A DNA stretch of 64,000 bases from Octopus vulgaris (GCA_951406725.2 OX597815.1:133300001-133364000); one strand, 5' to 3'; positions 24,389 through 37,507 are shown, counted from the stretch's first letter. Notes: a model not told the origin generated them from the letters alone. Translations and numbers: made by a program.

Positions 24389-25963
24389 CTGCAAAATACA
24401 AAATGGAACTCTGTTTTACAATTCTTGGAGAATGTTGCCTCATTATGCCATGAGCCATATTATTCTACAAAAACCTGAACAGATTAACCCAGAAAGCAAC
24501 TAAGCAAATACACCTCAGCCTCTTACTCACATGCAAGCTATGTCCTTCCTTTGCCTTTCTACAATGGCCAATGGACTGCGACCATGCTGGAGCGTTGCCT
24601 TGTAAAGATTTCAGCCAAACAGATCAACCCCAGTATTAATTCATATTTTTAATCTGGTATATATTTTAGCGTTCTCTTTTGCTGAACTACCAGGTTATGG
24701 GGAATTAAACGATCCAACATCAGCTAAGTAGTGGGTGGCGGGGACAAAAATAAACACAAACACACACACACAACTGGCTGAGTTTGTGCCATACCCTCTC
24801 AAACATTCCTGACCCACTCATTAGTCCTCTGCCCATCATTCATGTCACGTCCAACCCCTCAAGCTGTGAACCAACCATTAATCCCAGCCCTTCTTCCCCA
24901 GAACATCAGCTCTCTGGAAGTCCCTCCCTGTTCTTGCCTTTCCTGAAGGTGTCAACTTGTGACAGTTTAAGCGGAACATTCACAGCATCATTCTCACCAG
25001 TCTCATAAACCTGTGCAGGCGTGGCTGTATGGTAAGAAGCTTGCTTCCCAACCACATGGCTTCAGGTTCATATTATTAAGAAGAATATTTATGAATACTT
25101 TTAGTATATATCAAATTTTACACAATAGAGGGAAGAAAAGAAAATATAGAAATAGTTCAATATATATACACTTAAATACTAACTTAACATATATCTTTGA
25201 ATATTGATTAAATGGTATTTACTGGTATTAATAAAGGAAAATTGAGGTAAAAGAACATGCTAATTATATATTAAATAATTTTAGTCTAAGCAGATTTTTT
25301 TATTTTAAGTAGTGAATATATATAAGCTGAGTATGAAATTTATAGAGATAGAAGACTTAGAGTAATTTTATAAATAAATAAATAAAAGCTAGTTTTAAAA
25401 ATATAATAAAAGAAAATAATCATTGGTAGAACATTATAGAAAAGGGGTAAAATGGTTTACTTAATCTTTGGAATAACCCTAAACTTTATCTGTATATATA
25501 TATATATATATAGCAGCATTGTTTTATAGTAATTAACTGTAGTACTACATGATAAGACTTCCCCTGTCCCATTAGCATTGGTCTGCTTAATAGCAGCCAA
25601 CATCTTGTTTGAAGTATTCTCTTACCAAACCTCATGACATTGCTTCAAATAAATTTTGATTTATGACTATGCCATTTAGAATGTCTGTCTACTCCACCCC
25701 AAACTACCCTCTGTCTCCTCTCAGATTTGATAAACTAGTGGATATAATAAAAACTCATACACACACACACACACACACACACACGTAATTAAAACTAAAT
25801 AATAGAAAAATCAGTGAAAAGCAGTGTTTCTTGAAAAAAGTTTCTGTTACAACTGTGATGTTGTTGGTAAAACGTGTTCTTTGTCTATCTCCTTATCCCC
25901 TTGGAGATTTTGGGTAAAATTATACTAATGTGTCATTCTAATTTAATTAAATTCTATGACTTT

Positions 25964-26052
25964 GTGCAGCTGAAGATTGCTCTGCATTTTAAATTGATGT
26001 AATGATTGCATTGTTCAATTAAATGGAGTTGCATGAAACGATTGTACTGCAT
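25964..26052 (+). ncRNA. Type I hammerhead ribozyme candidate
   Basis: GTGCAG-CTGAAGA-[long imperfect stem II]-GAAA-C-GATT-GTA-CTGCAT; 6-bp stem I, GUA cleavage triplet. Confidence 0.65.
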
Positions 26053-26349
26053 TACCTCTGGACATCCTTGTTGCTTATTTTGATCTTAATCACCTTATTT
26101 TGATATTGTATGGATAATATCATACTAAATTCTGGTGCCTCAACTTAAGTACCATATTCATCTGAATCGAAATTTTTATATATACACATATACACAGAGT
26201 GGCTGTGTAAGTAGCTTGCTTACCAACCACATGGTTCTGGGTTCAGTCCCACTGCGTGGCACCTTGGGCAAGTGTCTTCTACTATAGCCTCAGGCCAACC
26301 AAAGCTTTGTGAGTGGATTTGGTAGACGGAAACTGTATATATATATATA

Positions 26350-26381
<32 letters not shown>

Positions 26382-26382
<1 letters not shown>

Positions 26383-29300
26383 CATCATCATCATCATCAT
26401 CATCATCATTTAGCGTCCGTTTTCCATGCTAGCATGGGTTGGACGGTTCTGCTGGGGTCTGTGAAGCCAGAAGGCTTCATCAGGCCCAGTCAAATCTGGC
26501 AGTGTTTCTACGGCTGGGTGCCCTTCCTAACGCCAACCACTCCGTGAGTGTAGTGGGTGCTTTTTACGTGCCACCCGCACTGGTGCCAGACAGAGCTGGC
26601 AATCGGCCACGAACGGATGGTGCTTTTTATGTGCCACCGGCACGAGGGCCAGGCGAGGCTGGCAACGGACACGAAACGGGGCGGTGCTGGCAACGGTCGC
26701 GAAACGGAAAGTTCTCTTACATGCCACCGGCACTGGTAACACATCTGCAATTTCCATTGATCGATTTCGATTCTGATCCTCACTTGCCTCAATGGGTCTT
26801 CACAAGCAGAGTTTCGACATGCCACCGGCACTGGTAGCACATCCGCAATTTCCATTGATCGATTTCGATTCTGATCTTCACTTGCCTCAACACGTCTTCA
26901 CAAGTAGAGTTTTGTGTCCCAAGAAGGGAAGGTATGCATACGTAGGCTGGCTCCATCCCATGTACAAGGCCACGGGTTGTGGACTCACTTGTCCTGCCGG
27001 GTCTTCTCGTGCACAGCACACTTCCAGAGGTCTCGGTCTCTAGTCATTTCCTCAGTGAGACCTAAAGTTCGAAGGTCGTGCTTCACCACCTCGTCCCAGG
27101 TTTTCCTGGGTCTGCCTCTTCCACAGGTTCCCTCAACCGCTAGGGTGTGGCACTTTTTCACACAACTATCTTCATCCATTCTCGCCACATGACCATACCA
27201 GCGCAAACGTCTCTCTTGCACACCACAACTGATGCTTCTTAGGTCCAGCTTTTCTCTCAAGGTACTTACACTCTGCCGAGTGTGAGTACTGGCATTACAC
27301 ATCCATCGGAGCATACTGGCTTCATTTCTAGCGAGCTTACGCATATCCTCAGCAGTCACGGCCCATGTTTCACTGCCATGTAGCATGGCTGTTCGTACAC
27401 ACGCATCATACAGTCTGCCTTTCACTCTGTGCGAGAGGCCTTTTGTCACCAGCAGAGGTAAGAGCTCTCTGAACTTTGCCCAAGCTATTCTTACTCTAGC
27501 AGTTACACTTTCAGCACACCCGCCCCCACTGCTGACTTGGTCACCTAGGTAACGGAAACTATCAACTATTTCTAGTTTTTCTCCCTGGAAAGTGACAGAA
27601 GTTGGTCTCAGAGCATTTTCAGTGTTTATTGTTCCTGAGCATCTGCCACATACAAAAACCATCTTCCTAGTTAGCCTTCCTTTGACATTGCTGCATCTCT
27701 TATGTGTCCATAGCTTACACTTGGTGCATCTTATAGAGTTTCTACCTACACCTTTTCTACAGATCGAGCAGGGCCATCTACCTGAAGGTGTTTGTGATTT
27801 GTCAACCTTCCTACTGATTACGACTTTGGTTTTAGCTAGATTGACTCTGAGGCCCTTCGATTCTAATCCTTGCTTCCACACCTGAAACTTCTCCTCCAGT
27901 TCTGATAGCGACTCAGCAATTAGAGCAAGGTCATCAGCATAGAGGAGCTCCCAAGGGCATCCTGTCTTGAATTCCTCCGTTATTGCCTGGAGGACTATGA
28001 TAAATAGGAGGGGGCTGAGTACTGAGCCTTGGTGGACCCCTACCTCTACCCGGAATTCTTCACTGTACTCATTTCCAACCCTCACCCTACTAGCGGCGTC
28101 CCTATACATGGCCCGCACAGCTCTCACTAACCATTCATCTATCCCTAGTTTTCTCATTGCCCACCAGATAAGGGATCGGGGGACCCTGTCGAAGGCTTTC
28201 TCCATGTCAACAAAAGCCAGGTACAGGGGCTTATCTTTGGCTAGGTATTTCTCCTGCAGCTGCCTTACCAGGAATATAGCATCAGTAGTACTTTTCCCTG
28301 GCACAAACCCAAACTGCATCTCATCTAAACTAACTCTCTCTCTAATTAGTTGGGCTATGACCCTCTCCGTAACCTTCATCACCTGGTCCAACAGCTTGAT
28401 ACCTCTGTAGTTATTTGTATCTAGGGCATCACCTTTACCTTTGTAGCAGTTGACTATTATACTGCTACACCAGTCATTGGGTATGACCCCTTTGTGTATC
28501 ACCTGATTAACTATATGGGTGACTAGGCTATAGCCAACACTACCAGACATTTTGAGCATCTCTGCAGTGATTCCTGATGGGCCTGGGGCTTTCCCTGTCT
28601 TCATGCTTCTAATTGCCTTAGCTACCACAGAACTATCAACTCGGATAGCTGGTCCCTCTGTTGGGTCAACATTCGGCAGACTCTCTTTATCCCATTCATT
28701 TTCTTCATTCAGCAACCTTTCATAGTGGCATCTCCAAACCTCTCTCTTTGCATCCTCATTTAGCGCAAGTGAACCATCTTCCATGCGAACACACTTCTCT
28801 CCTACCACATCACGATTCTCTCTCACACACTGTCTTGCAACACGAAACACCTCCAGTCTTTGGTCCTCACGGCGCAGAACATTGGCAAATTTTTCTTATC
28901 TGCTTCCCCTCTGGCTAAATAAACCTGTCTCCTAGCTTCTCTTTTGGCAGTCTGATACAATTCCCTGCTACCCCCATTTTTCCAGACCTTCCAAGCCTGT
29001 CTCTTTTCTCTAATAGCCCTGTCTACAATATTGTTCCACCACCACGTTATTCTAGGTCGAGAGGGGACTTTGCACCAGCCACAGATCTGGTCAGTGGCTC
29101 TCAGCAGGTTGTCCCTTAGAAACGTCCAGCTGTCTTCTACCCCCTGTGATGCTCTATCCCCTTCTACTTCGTCAGAGGCTTCAAGTAATATGTCCCTAAA
29201 TCTCTGTCCATTTGCAGGATCTTTAAGCTTCCAGATCCTTCTTCTCCATATTTGTCGTCTTCTGGTTGTCCTCCTAGTCCTGATCCTAAAGTCACTAACT

Positions 29301-29784
29301 ACCAGTCTATGTTGTGGGGTACATTCTTCACCTGGGAAGGTTTTGGCATTTATAAGCAGCCATCTCTCCCTTTGCCTTGTAAGGATGTAGTCAATTTGGC
29401 TGGTATGTTGGCCCGATTGGTAAGTGACTAGGTGGCTGGTAGGTTTCCTGAAGTTAGTGTTGCAAATCATAAGATTATTTGCATCGCAGAACTCCAGCAG
29501 CCTGGTTCCCTCCTCGTTGCGGGAGCCATAGCCATAGCCTCCATGTACGCCATGGAAGCCCCCAGCATGTCGTCCAACGTGACCATTGAAGTCACCAGCC
29601 ACAAAGATAAGGTCTCTGTCGTTCGTCAATGAGGTAGTCTGCAGTAGAGTGTCATAGAATCGGTCTTTCTGTCCATCGGGTAGCCCCGACTGAGGAGCAT
29701 AGGCTGATATAATGGTTGCTAAACTATGATGAAGCACTAATCTAATCTTAAGTATTCTGTCACTTACTCTGATTACCTCAATTA

Positions 29785-29787
<3 letters not shown>
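26382..29787 (-). mobile_element. RTE-clade LINE, 5'-truncated within the endonuclease, one frameshift at ~28890, long 3' UTR and (GAT)n tail
   Basis: ORFs 28823-29737 (SAYAPQ, GDFNGHVG, QIDY) and 26985-28850 (DMEKAFD, GVHQGSVLSP, YADD, RLRWYGHV, RGRPRKTW). Confidence 0.95.
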
Positions 29788-29830
<43 letters not shown>

Positions 29831-29833
<3 letters not shown>

Positions 29834-30459
29834 CTATTAGACAAAAGAAACAGGCTTGGAAGGACTGGAAGAACAGTGGTAGCAAGGAATTGTAGCAGAC
29901 TGCCAGAAGGGAAGCTAGGAGGCAGGTTTATTTAGACAGAGGGGAAGCAAATGTTCTGTGCCGTGAGGACCAAAGACTTCAGGTATTTCGTGTTGCAAGA
30001 CAGTGTGTGAGAGAGAATCGTGATGTGGTAGGAGAGAAATGTGTTCACATGGATGATGGTTCACTTGCGCTAAATGAGGATGCAAAGAGAGAGGTTTGGA
30101 GACGCCATTATGAAAGGTTGCTGAATAAAGAAAATAAATGGGAGAAAGAGAGTCTGCTGGATGTCAACCCAATATAGGGACCAGCTATCCGAGTTGACAG
30201 TACCTTGGTTGATAAAGCAATTAAAAGTATGAAGACAGGGAAAGCCCCAGGCCCAACAGGAATTACTGCAGAGATGCTCAAAATATCTGGCAGTGTCAGC
30301 TATAGCCTAGTCACCTGTATAGTTAACCAGGTGATACACGAAGGAGTCATACCCAATGACTGGTGTAGCAGCATAATAGTCAACTGCTACAAAGGTAAAG
30401 GTGACGCTTTAGATACAAATAATTACAGAGGTATCAAGCTGTTGGATCAGGTAATGAAG
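29831..30459 (+). mobile_element. RTE LINE internal fragment, inverted relative to the adjacent copy
   Basis: Closely matches reverse complement of ~28370-29018; bounded by (TA)n. Confidence 0.9.
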
Positions 30460-30579
30460 ATATATATAGCCGAAATTGCAAGGATGATCCGGTTCTTGAC
30501 TGAAGATTAAAGGCTTCGAATGACCTGTCCGTGTTTTTTGTATCGTCTTCTGGATGTTTTGCATTCTTGTCCCATTTTG

Positions 30580-30622
<43 letters not shown>

Positions 30623-30782
30623 CAGCGTACGTACAATTTGTTCTCTTATATGTAAGTACACATTTCACTAAACTTTGTACGACTTCTACAACACCCCCCC
30701 CTCACATTTCTTTGCCTTTCTTACTTTGCACTTCACTTTGTTCCTGTGTCTTCCTTTTTCTCGCCACTCCCTAATTCTTCCG

Positions 30783-30834
<52 letters not shown>

Positions 30835-31031
30835 CCTCCTTAATTCCTTTGTTCCTCTTTTTCTCTCTCTTCTCTTTTCACATGACCGTTGGTTGACTGC
30901 TGGCCTTTTTGCGTTTGGCAGCGGTCGCTGTCACAGCGATATTTCTCCTCTGCTGTAAGGCTTAATTCCCAACACGCCAGCTGAATTCAATTCGTCTCCA
31001 GTCGAAAGATGCCTGTTGTTATGTCCTGTTG

Positions 31032-31063
<32 letters not shown>

Positions 31064-31858
31064 GTTTTTTTGTATTATTTTTTGTATTTATATTCGTGTA
31101 GCATCGTCCAATTTTCCATCCATGTTTCATATACATTCGAAGCTTTTTTCCAAGGAATCTAATGCTCTTAGCTTAGTTTATCCTTGAGGCTGGCCAGATT
31201 GGAGCAATCTCAAGATTAATCAGCCGAAATTGTGAGGATGATCCAGTTCTTGACTGAAGATTAAAGGCTTCAAATGACCCATCCGTGTTTTTTGCATCGT
31301 CTTCTGGATGTTTTGCATTCTTACCCCATTTTGTATTTTATATATATATATTAAGAAAAAACATACTCAGAAATGGATGCGTGCATTCTATCATATAATA
31401 ACAAATGAATAAATAAAACATATCCATATATACATACATATGTGTACGTACCTACATCTATATGTATATATACATGCATGTATGGGTACAGGACACCAAA
31501 AAAACGTCGAACACAATGAGAAACGAAAACATAAACACAAAACCAAGGAAATGGACATTTTTCCTAAACAACGAAAAAATAGAGTACAGGACATACAACA
31601 CAAGGAAAATTCCCCTTCTTCAGTCGCCTCTGTTTCATCTACTCCGCGTTTCGAAGGTAAAGGCGAGACACGACTTCGTTGAAACATTCCTTCCCGCAAA
31701 AGGCAAATTAAATATAATTTGAGATTTTTTTGCGGAGGGGTAAAAATGGTAACAAAAACAGGACAGTAAAGACAGTACAAAATATAAACAGTAAAAGACA
31801 GGACAAGGAGAATAACAGTAACACAGACATTGAGAGCTGTTAAGCCAAACAAGAGAAA

Positions 31859-32265
31859 ATATCACGAATGCTTTTTGAGAACAGCGAGGGAGAGACAGGA
31901 AAGCCATCTACACTCGAAGGAAGCGAAGTCAGAAAGACAGTAGTTTTCTCGTCGCTGGTCAGCAACAGGACAGAGGAGGAGGAGTAAGAGAAAGGGAGAG
32001 AAAAAAAGAGAATGGTTGTAGAGAAAACCAGAAAGAATGAGAGAGAGAGAGGGGGAGACAGTAAGGTAGAAGAAAAGGAAACAAGAAAATAGAGTACAGG
32101 ACATACAACACAAGGAAAATTTCCCTTCTCTCTCCCTTTCTCCTCCTCCTCTGTCCCGTCGCTGACCAGCAATGAGAAGACTACTGTCTTTCTGACCTCA
32201 CTTCCTTCGAGTGTAGACGGCTTTCCTGTCTCTCCCTCGCCGTTCTCAAAAAGCATTCGTAATAT
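31859..32265. repeat. Inverted repeat (~140-bp arms) with associated 36-bp direct repeat
   Basis: 31859-32000 pairs with 32129-32265; AAAATAGAGTACAGGACATACAACACAAGGAAAATT at ~31576 and ~32086. Confidence 0.85.
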
Positions 32266-32713
32266 GGTGTACGTGTTCCCCCCAGCTGGACAGGATGCCA
32301 GTCCATCGCAGCGTTACTTAAGAAACAGGAAGATAGAGTGAGAGAAAGTTGGGGTGAAAGAGTATAACAGGGATCGCCACCACTCCCTGCGGGAGCCTTG
32401 TGGAGCTTTAGGTGTTTTCGCTCAATAAACGCACAACGCCAGCCCCACACCCCAACTGGCTCCTGTGCCAGTGGAATGTAAAAGCACCATCCAAACGTGT
32501 CAATGCCAGCTCCCTCGGGCTCCCATGCCGGTGGCACGTAAACAGTATCCACTACACTCTCGGAGTGGTTGGCATTAGGAAGGGCATCCAGCTGTAGAAA
32601 ACTCTGCCAGATCAGACTGGAGCCTGGTGCAGCCTCCTGGCTTCCCAGACCCCCAGTCGAACCATCCAACCCATGCCAGCATGGGAAACAGACGTTAAAC
32701 GATCATCATCATA

Positions 32714-32993
32714 ATATTACATTAAGGGCTGTTTCTATAAGTAAAACCACACACTGGAAAGGAATGCTAAAGTCAAACCACTTTATTAAAATATACATAC
32801 ACGCGGAAGTCGAGGAAATGAACAAGGAAAAAAATTCTTTTGAAAAGGTTCAGTTGCATATCGAAGCAGTTCCATGGTCTGTGCTGTAACACATTCTCCA
32901 CCCATCAGTGCAAACATAACCAGAAGTAGTGTGACTTTAGTGTCCCTTTCCAGCATGTGGCTTTACTAATAGTAACAGTACTTAATGTAATAA
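32714..32993. repeat. Diverged inverted repeat (~70-bp arms)
   Basis: 32714-32782 pairs with 32925-32993. Confidence 0.7.
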
Positions 32994-34449
32994 TATATAT
33001 ATATATATGTATATATTTATGTGTGTGTGTGTTCGTGTCTGTTTGTCCAACACCCACCCACCACCACCACTAAGCATCACTTCACAACTGATGTTGGTGT
33101 GTTTACATCCCCATAAAATTAGCAGTTTAGCAGTTCAAGCTAAATTTCTTTGACCAAAAGGCAGTGCTCCAGCATGGCCACAATCAAATGACTGAAACAA
33201 GTAAAAGAATAAAAAGATATACATATACATACATATCATCATCATCATCATTATTTAACATCTATGATCTAGACTGTAACATGGGTTTGACAGTTCATCA
33301 GGATGTGACTAGCCTGGGGGCTGTCTTGGTCTCTGGTGTCTCTTTTGGTTTCTACAGCTGCATGCCATTCCCAATGCCAACCACTTTACAGAGTGTTCTG
33401 GGTGCTTTATTTGGGTACCAGCAGTAGTGGGGGTCACCAAACATCTCATACAAGAAGACCCCTTCACAGTGGAATTGGGTGCTAACGAAGGAGGCAGTTT
33501 TGTGCCAGGCTAAAGTAAGAAAGAGTAACAGAAACGAAGGTTTTGCAGTAGAGGAGATGCATGGGTACCCCATGAGGGAGAATATAGACAGGGACTTGGG
33601 GGCAGAGGTGAGGAGAAAGAGTACGTAATTTCAAAATAGTGTGAGAGGAGAGTAACAGATGATTAGAGATGGGATTAAAGGTGGATGTAATGAGTGACGA
33701 ACAAGGGTGGAGGTATGGGTCATGGAAAATATGATTATAGAGGGAGGAAATAAGAGAGAAATAGAAGTGGCTCAGAAAGGTAGAGTGACAAGCAGCAGTA
33801 TAGGATGTGTGGAGAGTGGCAGTATGAGAAATTTTTTGAAAGATCAGAAAGTAAGATGATGTGCAAGGTGTGAGAGTGAAGAGAAAGCAAGTTGTGCAGT
33901 GGCAGAGATGGAAGTCAGAACTAGGAATGGCTATGATGAGTAGGATCATAAAGTAAGTGGGAGGGGGGGTTATCAATAGCAGGTAAGAGAGGGTATTGAG
34001 AATGGTAGCACATATGAGAGGTATTGAAGATGAGGTGTGGAAGAGAGGGACACTACCTGAAGGTAAGTTAGGTATTTTATTATACCCCTAAAACCTTTAT
34101 TACCACAATTAAAACAAACTAAAAAGCAAGCATAGCCATCACTGGTAAATGCAATTCTAAAATGTTGGATTGTTATAATGCCCACTCTGGTATAGCAGTA
34201 TAAGACAAGTAAGACCACAACTATCTGTAACTATCTACTTCATACTCTCTCCTTATACTGACCAACATCACTTTATTTATAGTTACTAGCACATACCACT
34301 CATCATGTGGACAGGGTGTACCATTATTACTATTATCCCCACAACATCTCCCCTTTTAAGTTTTTCTTTTTTTTCTTAGGGAGTGTCATCTTATTTCTTT
34401 TAATAGCAATACTTTTTATATCACCCCCACCTCCTTTTTTTGAGTTTTT

Positions 34450-36530
34450 TCTTAGTTACTCATTTAATAAATTTTTCTGTTTGGCATTCACTTCCAGGAA
34501 TTCCATACATTTTCTTTTTTTTTATGCTTGTGCACCTGGATTCAATCACCTGTAGTGGCATTGGTACTTGAAGAGTATCATATAACCACTCCAGTAGTTC
34601 TTCCATTTTCTTGGTTTCAACCTCAACAAATCTTTTTATCAGTTGATTCATGTGTCTCTTGTATACACCTTTTCTACTTTTTACCAAGTATAGCATTTTT
34701 CCTCTGCATTTCGTAATCATTTCATCTTCCCAACATTGTTTTCCATTCTTATATGCCGTCACCCATACCTTTCCACCAATTTTGAAAAATCTTGCTGTAT
34801 TTTCCCTTGCAATTTTTCTTTTCTCGCCAGGTAGCAATTTGTCGAAGACTGATTTTATTTTCCTTGCAAAATTCAGCTCCACTGGTGACATACCTGCTGG
34901 TGTATTTGGATTTGGTGTCACGCAATATACCCTTAAGAATTGTTGTAGAGCTACCTCATCCATGACTTTCCTATTCAACTTTCTTAGGGCTCTCTTGAAT
35001 GTATCGACAAAGCATTCTGCTTGTCTGTTAGATCTGGGATGGTATGGCACCATAGTTACATGTTCTTCAGCGAACATTCTAAATTCAAAAGACACAAATT
35101 GCATTCCATTGACAGACACTATCGTGTCTCAGATGCCAAATCTCACAAACAGCTCATGTAAAAAATTTGTTGCAGTTGAGGAGATTGCTTTTTACACTTA
35201 GAAATTTCTGGCCATTTAGAGAAACTATCAACTACCACTAAGTAGTATGACTGTTTAAGGGACCAGTGAAATCAATGTGTAATCTTGACTACGGAACATC
35301 TACTTTCGGCCAAGGTTCACTTTTTATCGTCTGTAATTTTGCTGCTAGAGCACATCCTGTACAGACTTTCACTAAATTTTCAATTTCTCTATCCATTTTC
35401 GGCCAGTACACGTAACTACAAATTAAAACTTTCATCCTTGAAATACCAGGGATGTCCAACATGAAATTTCACCAACATTTTCCTTCATAGTGTTTCAGGT
35501 GTTACTATTCTCTGTGCATACATCAAAATGTCATCACAAATTGAGTATACGTTCACATCTTGGTTTTGTTTCGCACCAATCCTGTTCCTATTTACTTTTC
35601 CTGACCTCAATATTCTTTTCATTTCTGTTATGAATTTGTCCTTCACTGCATTTCACTTTATGTCTTCTTGGGTTACCGGTAATTTGCATACCATATTCCA
35701 CATAACATTCTTTATTTCTCCTTCTGCTCTTAAATCTACAATTACTGCATGATGAAACTGTATCTTTGAATAGCTTGCAGTGTTTCAGTACTAGTCTGGA
35801 GTAACGATCTGCATGCTCTAGTTTTTTTTATCGTAAATATTCCATTTTGTAGTCATAATTCAATAATGTAGTGCCACATTGTTGTAGTCTATTTGCTATG
35901 TGTGTTGATATTCCTTTTTTAGAACTGTATATTGACAGTAGTAGGCGATGATTCATTTGCAGACAGAAACTTCTTCCATGAATAAATCTATGGGACTTTT
36001 CACCCCGAATATGATTGCTAACACTTCCTTTTCTATTTGGCTATAGTTCCTTTAAGCTGGTAATAACATACGGGCTATAGCCTTTTCACTCCCATCATCA
36101 TATTTGTGAAGAAGCACAGCTCCTACACTGTAATCACTCACATCAGTAGCCAATATCCAACTTTGGATCAAAATGCATTAACAATAAGTCTGATGTTAAA
36201 ATGCTTTTTAACTCATCAAATGCCTGCTGGTACTTATCAGTCCAGCACCATTTTGTATTTTTCTTTAACAGATCACTGGGCAGGGCCCTTACATTATGTA
36301 TATTTAGAATGCAAATTTGATAATAATTTACTAAACCCAAGAATGTTTGTAGCATAGCCACATTATTAGGTTTGGGCATATTTTTTATCACAGTTGCTCT
36401 GGATGGAACTGGATTCCATCCATTTTTATCTATTATCTGGCCCAAGTATCTAATTTTTTTCATTAAGAACTCACATTTTTATGTCAACTTGAAACATAAC
36501 CACTAATCTTCTCGAATACCCTTTAAATGT
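34450..36530 (-). mobile_element. Decayed Ty3/Gypsy pol (RT C-terminus, RNase H, integrase)
   Basis: YLGQII..G..P, FLGLVNYY, YSQIEKE, PYHPRSNRQAE motifs in RT-RH-IN order with many stops and frameshifts. Confidence 0.85.
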
Positions 36531-37507
36531 GTTGAACCCACTACTTTACAATCATGAGCTCAACATCCTAGCCACTAAGTCACATCCCATCACTATGAAC
36601 CATATATGTGATATATTACATTGGGAATATCTTTATATTTTACTTCTTACTTGTTTTCATCATTGGACTGTAGTCATGTTGGGGCCCCACCTCAAAGGGT
36701 TTAGTCAAACGAATTGACCCCAGTACTTGTTTTTATTTTTAAGTCTGGTACTTATTCTGTCAGTCCCCTTTGCCAAACTGCTTAGTTTTGGCAAAGTAAA
36801 CAAACCAATACTGGTTGTCAAGTGGAGAGATGGGGTGGGCAACAAACACAAAGACATGGACACATATACATATTTTTACACAATTATTATATGAAGGCGT
36901 GCTGACAAATCACTGCTCCACTAAATGGAAACCTTACTTGTTATGGTTTTGTGGCAAGAAGCAAAGCAGGCCTTGCCAGCCACTCAAGAAAACACATAGT
37001 AAATGATCCACAAGCACTCAAGCAAACTGAATCCCCAACTTGTTCCATTTGCCAAAAGGCAGCAAGCTGGCAGAAATGTTAACACACTGGGCAAGATGCT
37101 TAGCAGTATTTTGTCTGTCTTTACATTCTGAGTTCAAATTCTGTTGAAGTCAACTTTGCCTTTCATCCTTTCAGGGTCAATAAAATAAGCATCAGTTGCA
37201 TATTGCGGTCAATCTAATCAACTGGCCCCCATACCCCAAAATTTTGGGCCTTGTGCCTAGAGTAGAAAAGAAAAGGTTTGCAAGGCACCAGCAGGGCTCA
37301 ACAGACAAATTTGTGTCCATAGAACATGATTAACGCTTTATTTCACTGAACCCTCATTTGTTGTTCCTGACAAGAGAACCAATTATATATATATATATAT
37401 ATAGTTGAAATTTACAGAAAAACAAAAGACGAAGACAGGTGTATAAACAACAAGCAGGTGTATTAGTCCGATGCACAGGAAGACGAGAAAGTCTTTGATG
37501 TTTCGAG

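Noticed and set aside
33482-34218. ORFs of 164 and 81 aa on the minus strand
   Set aside because: Purine-skewed low-complexity sequence with no recognisable domain
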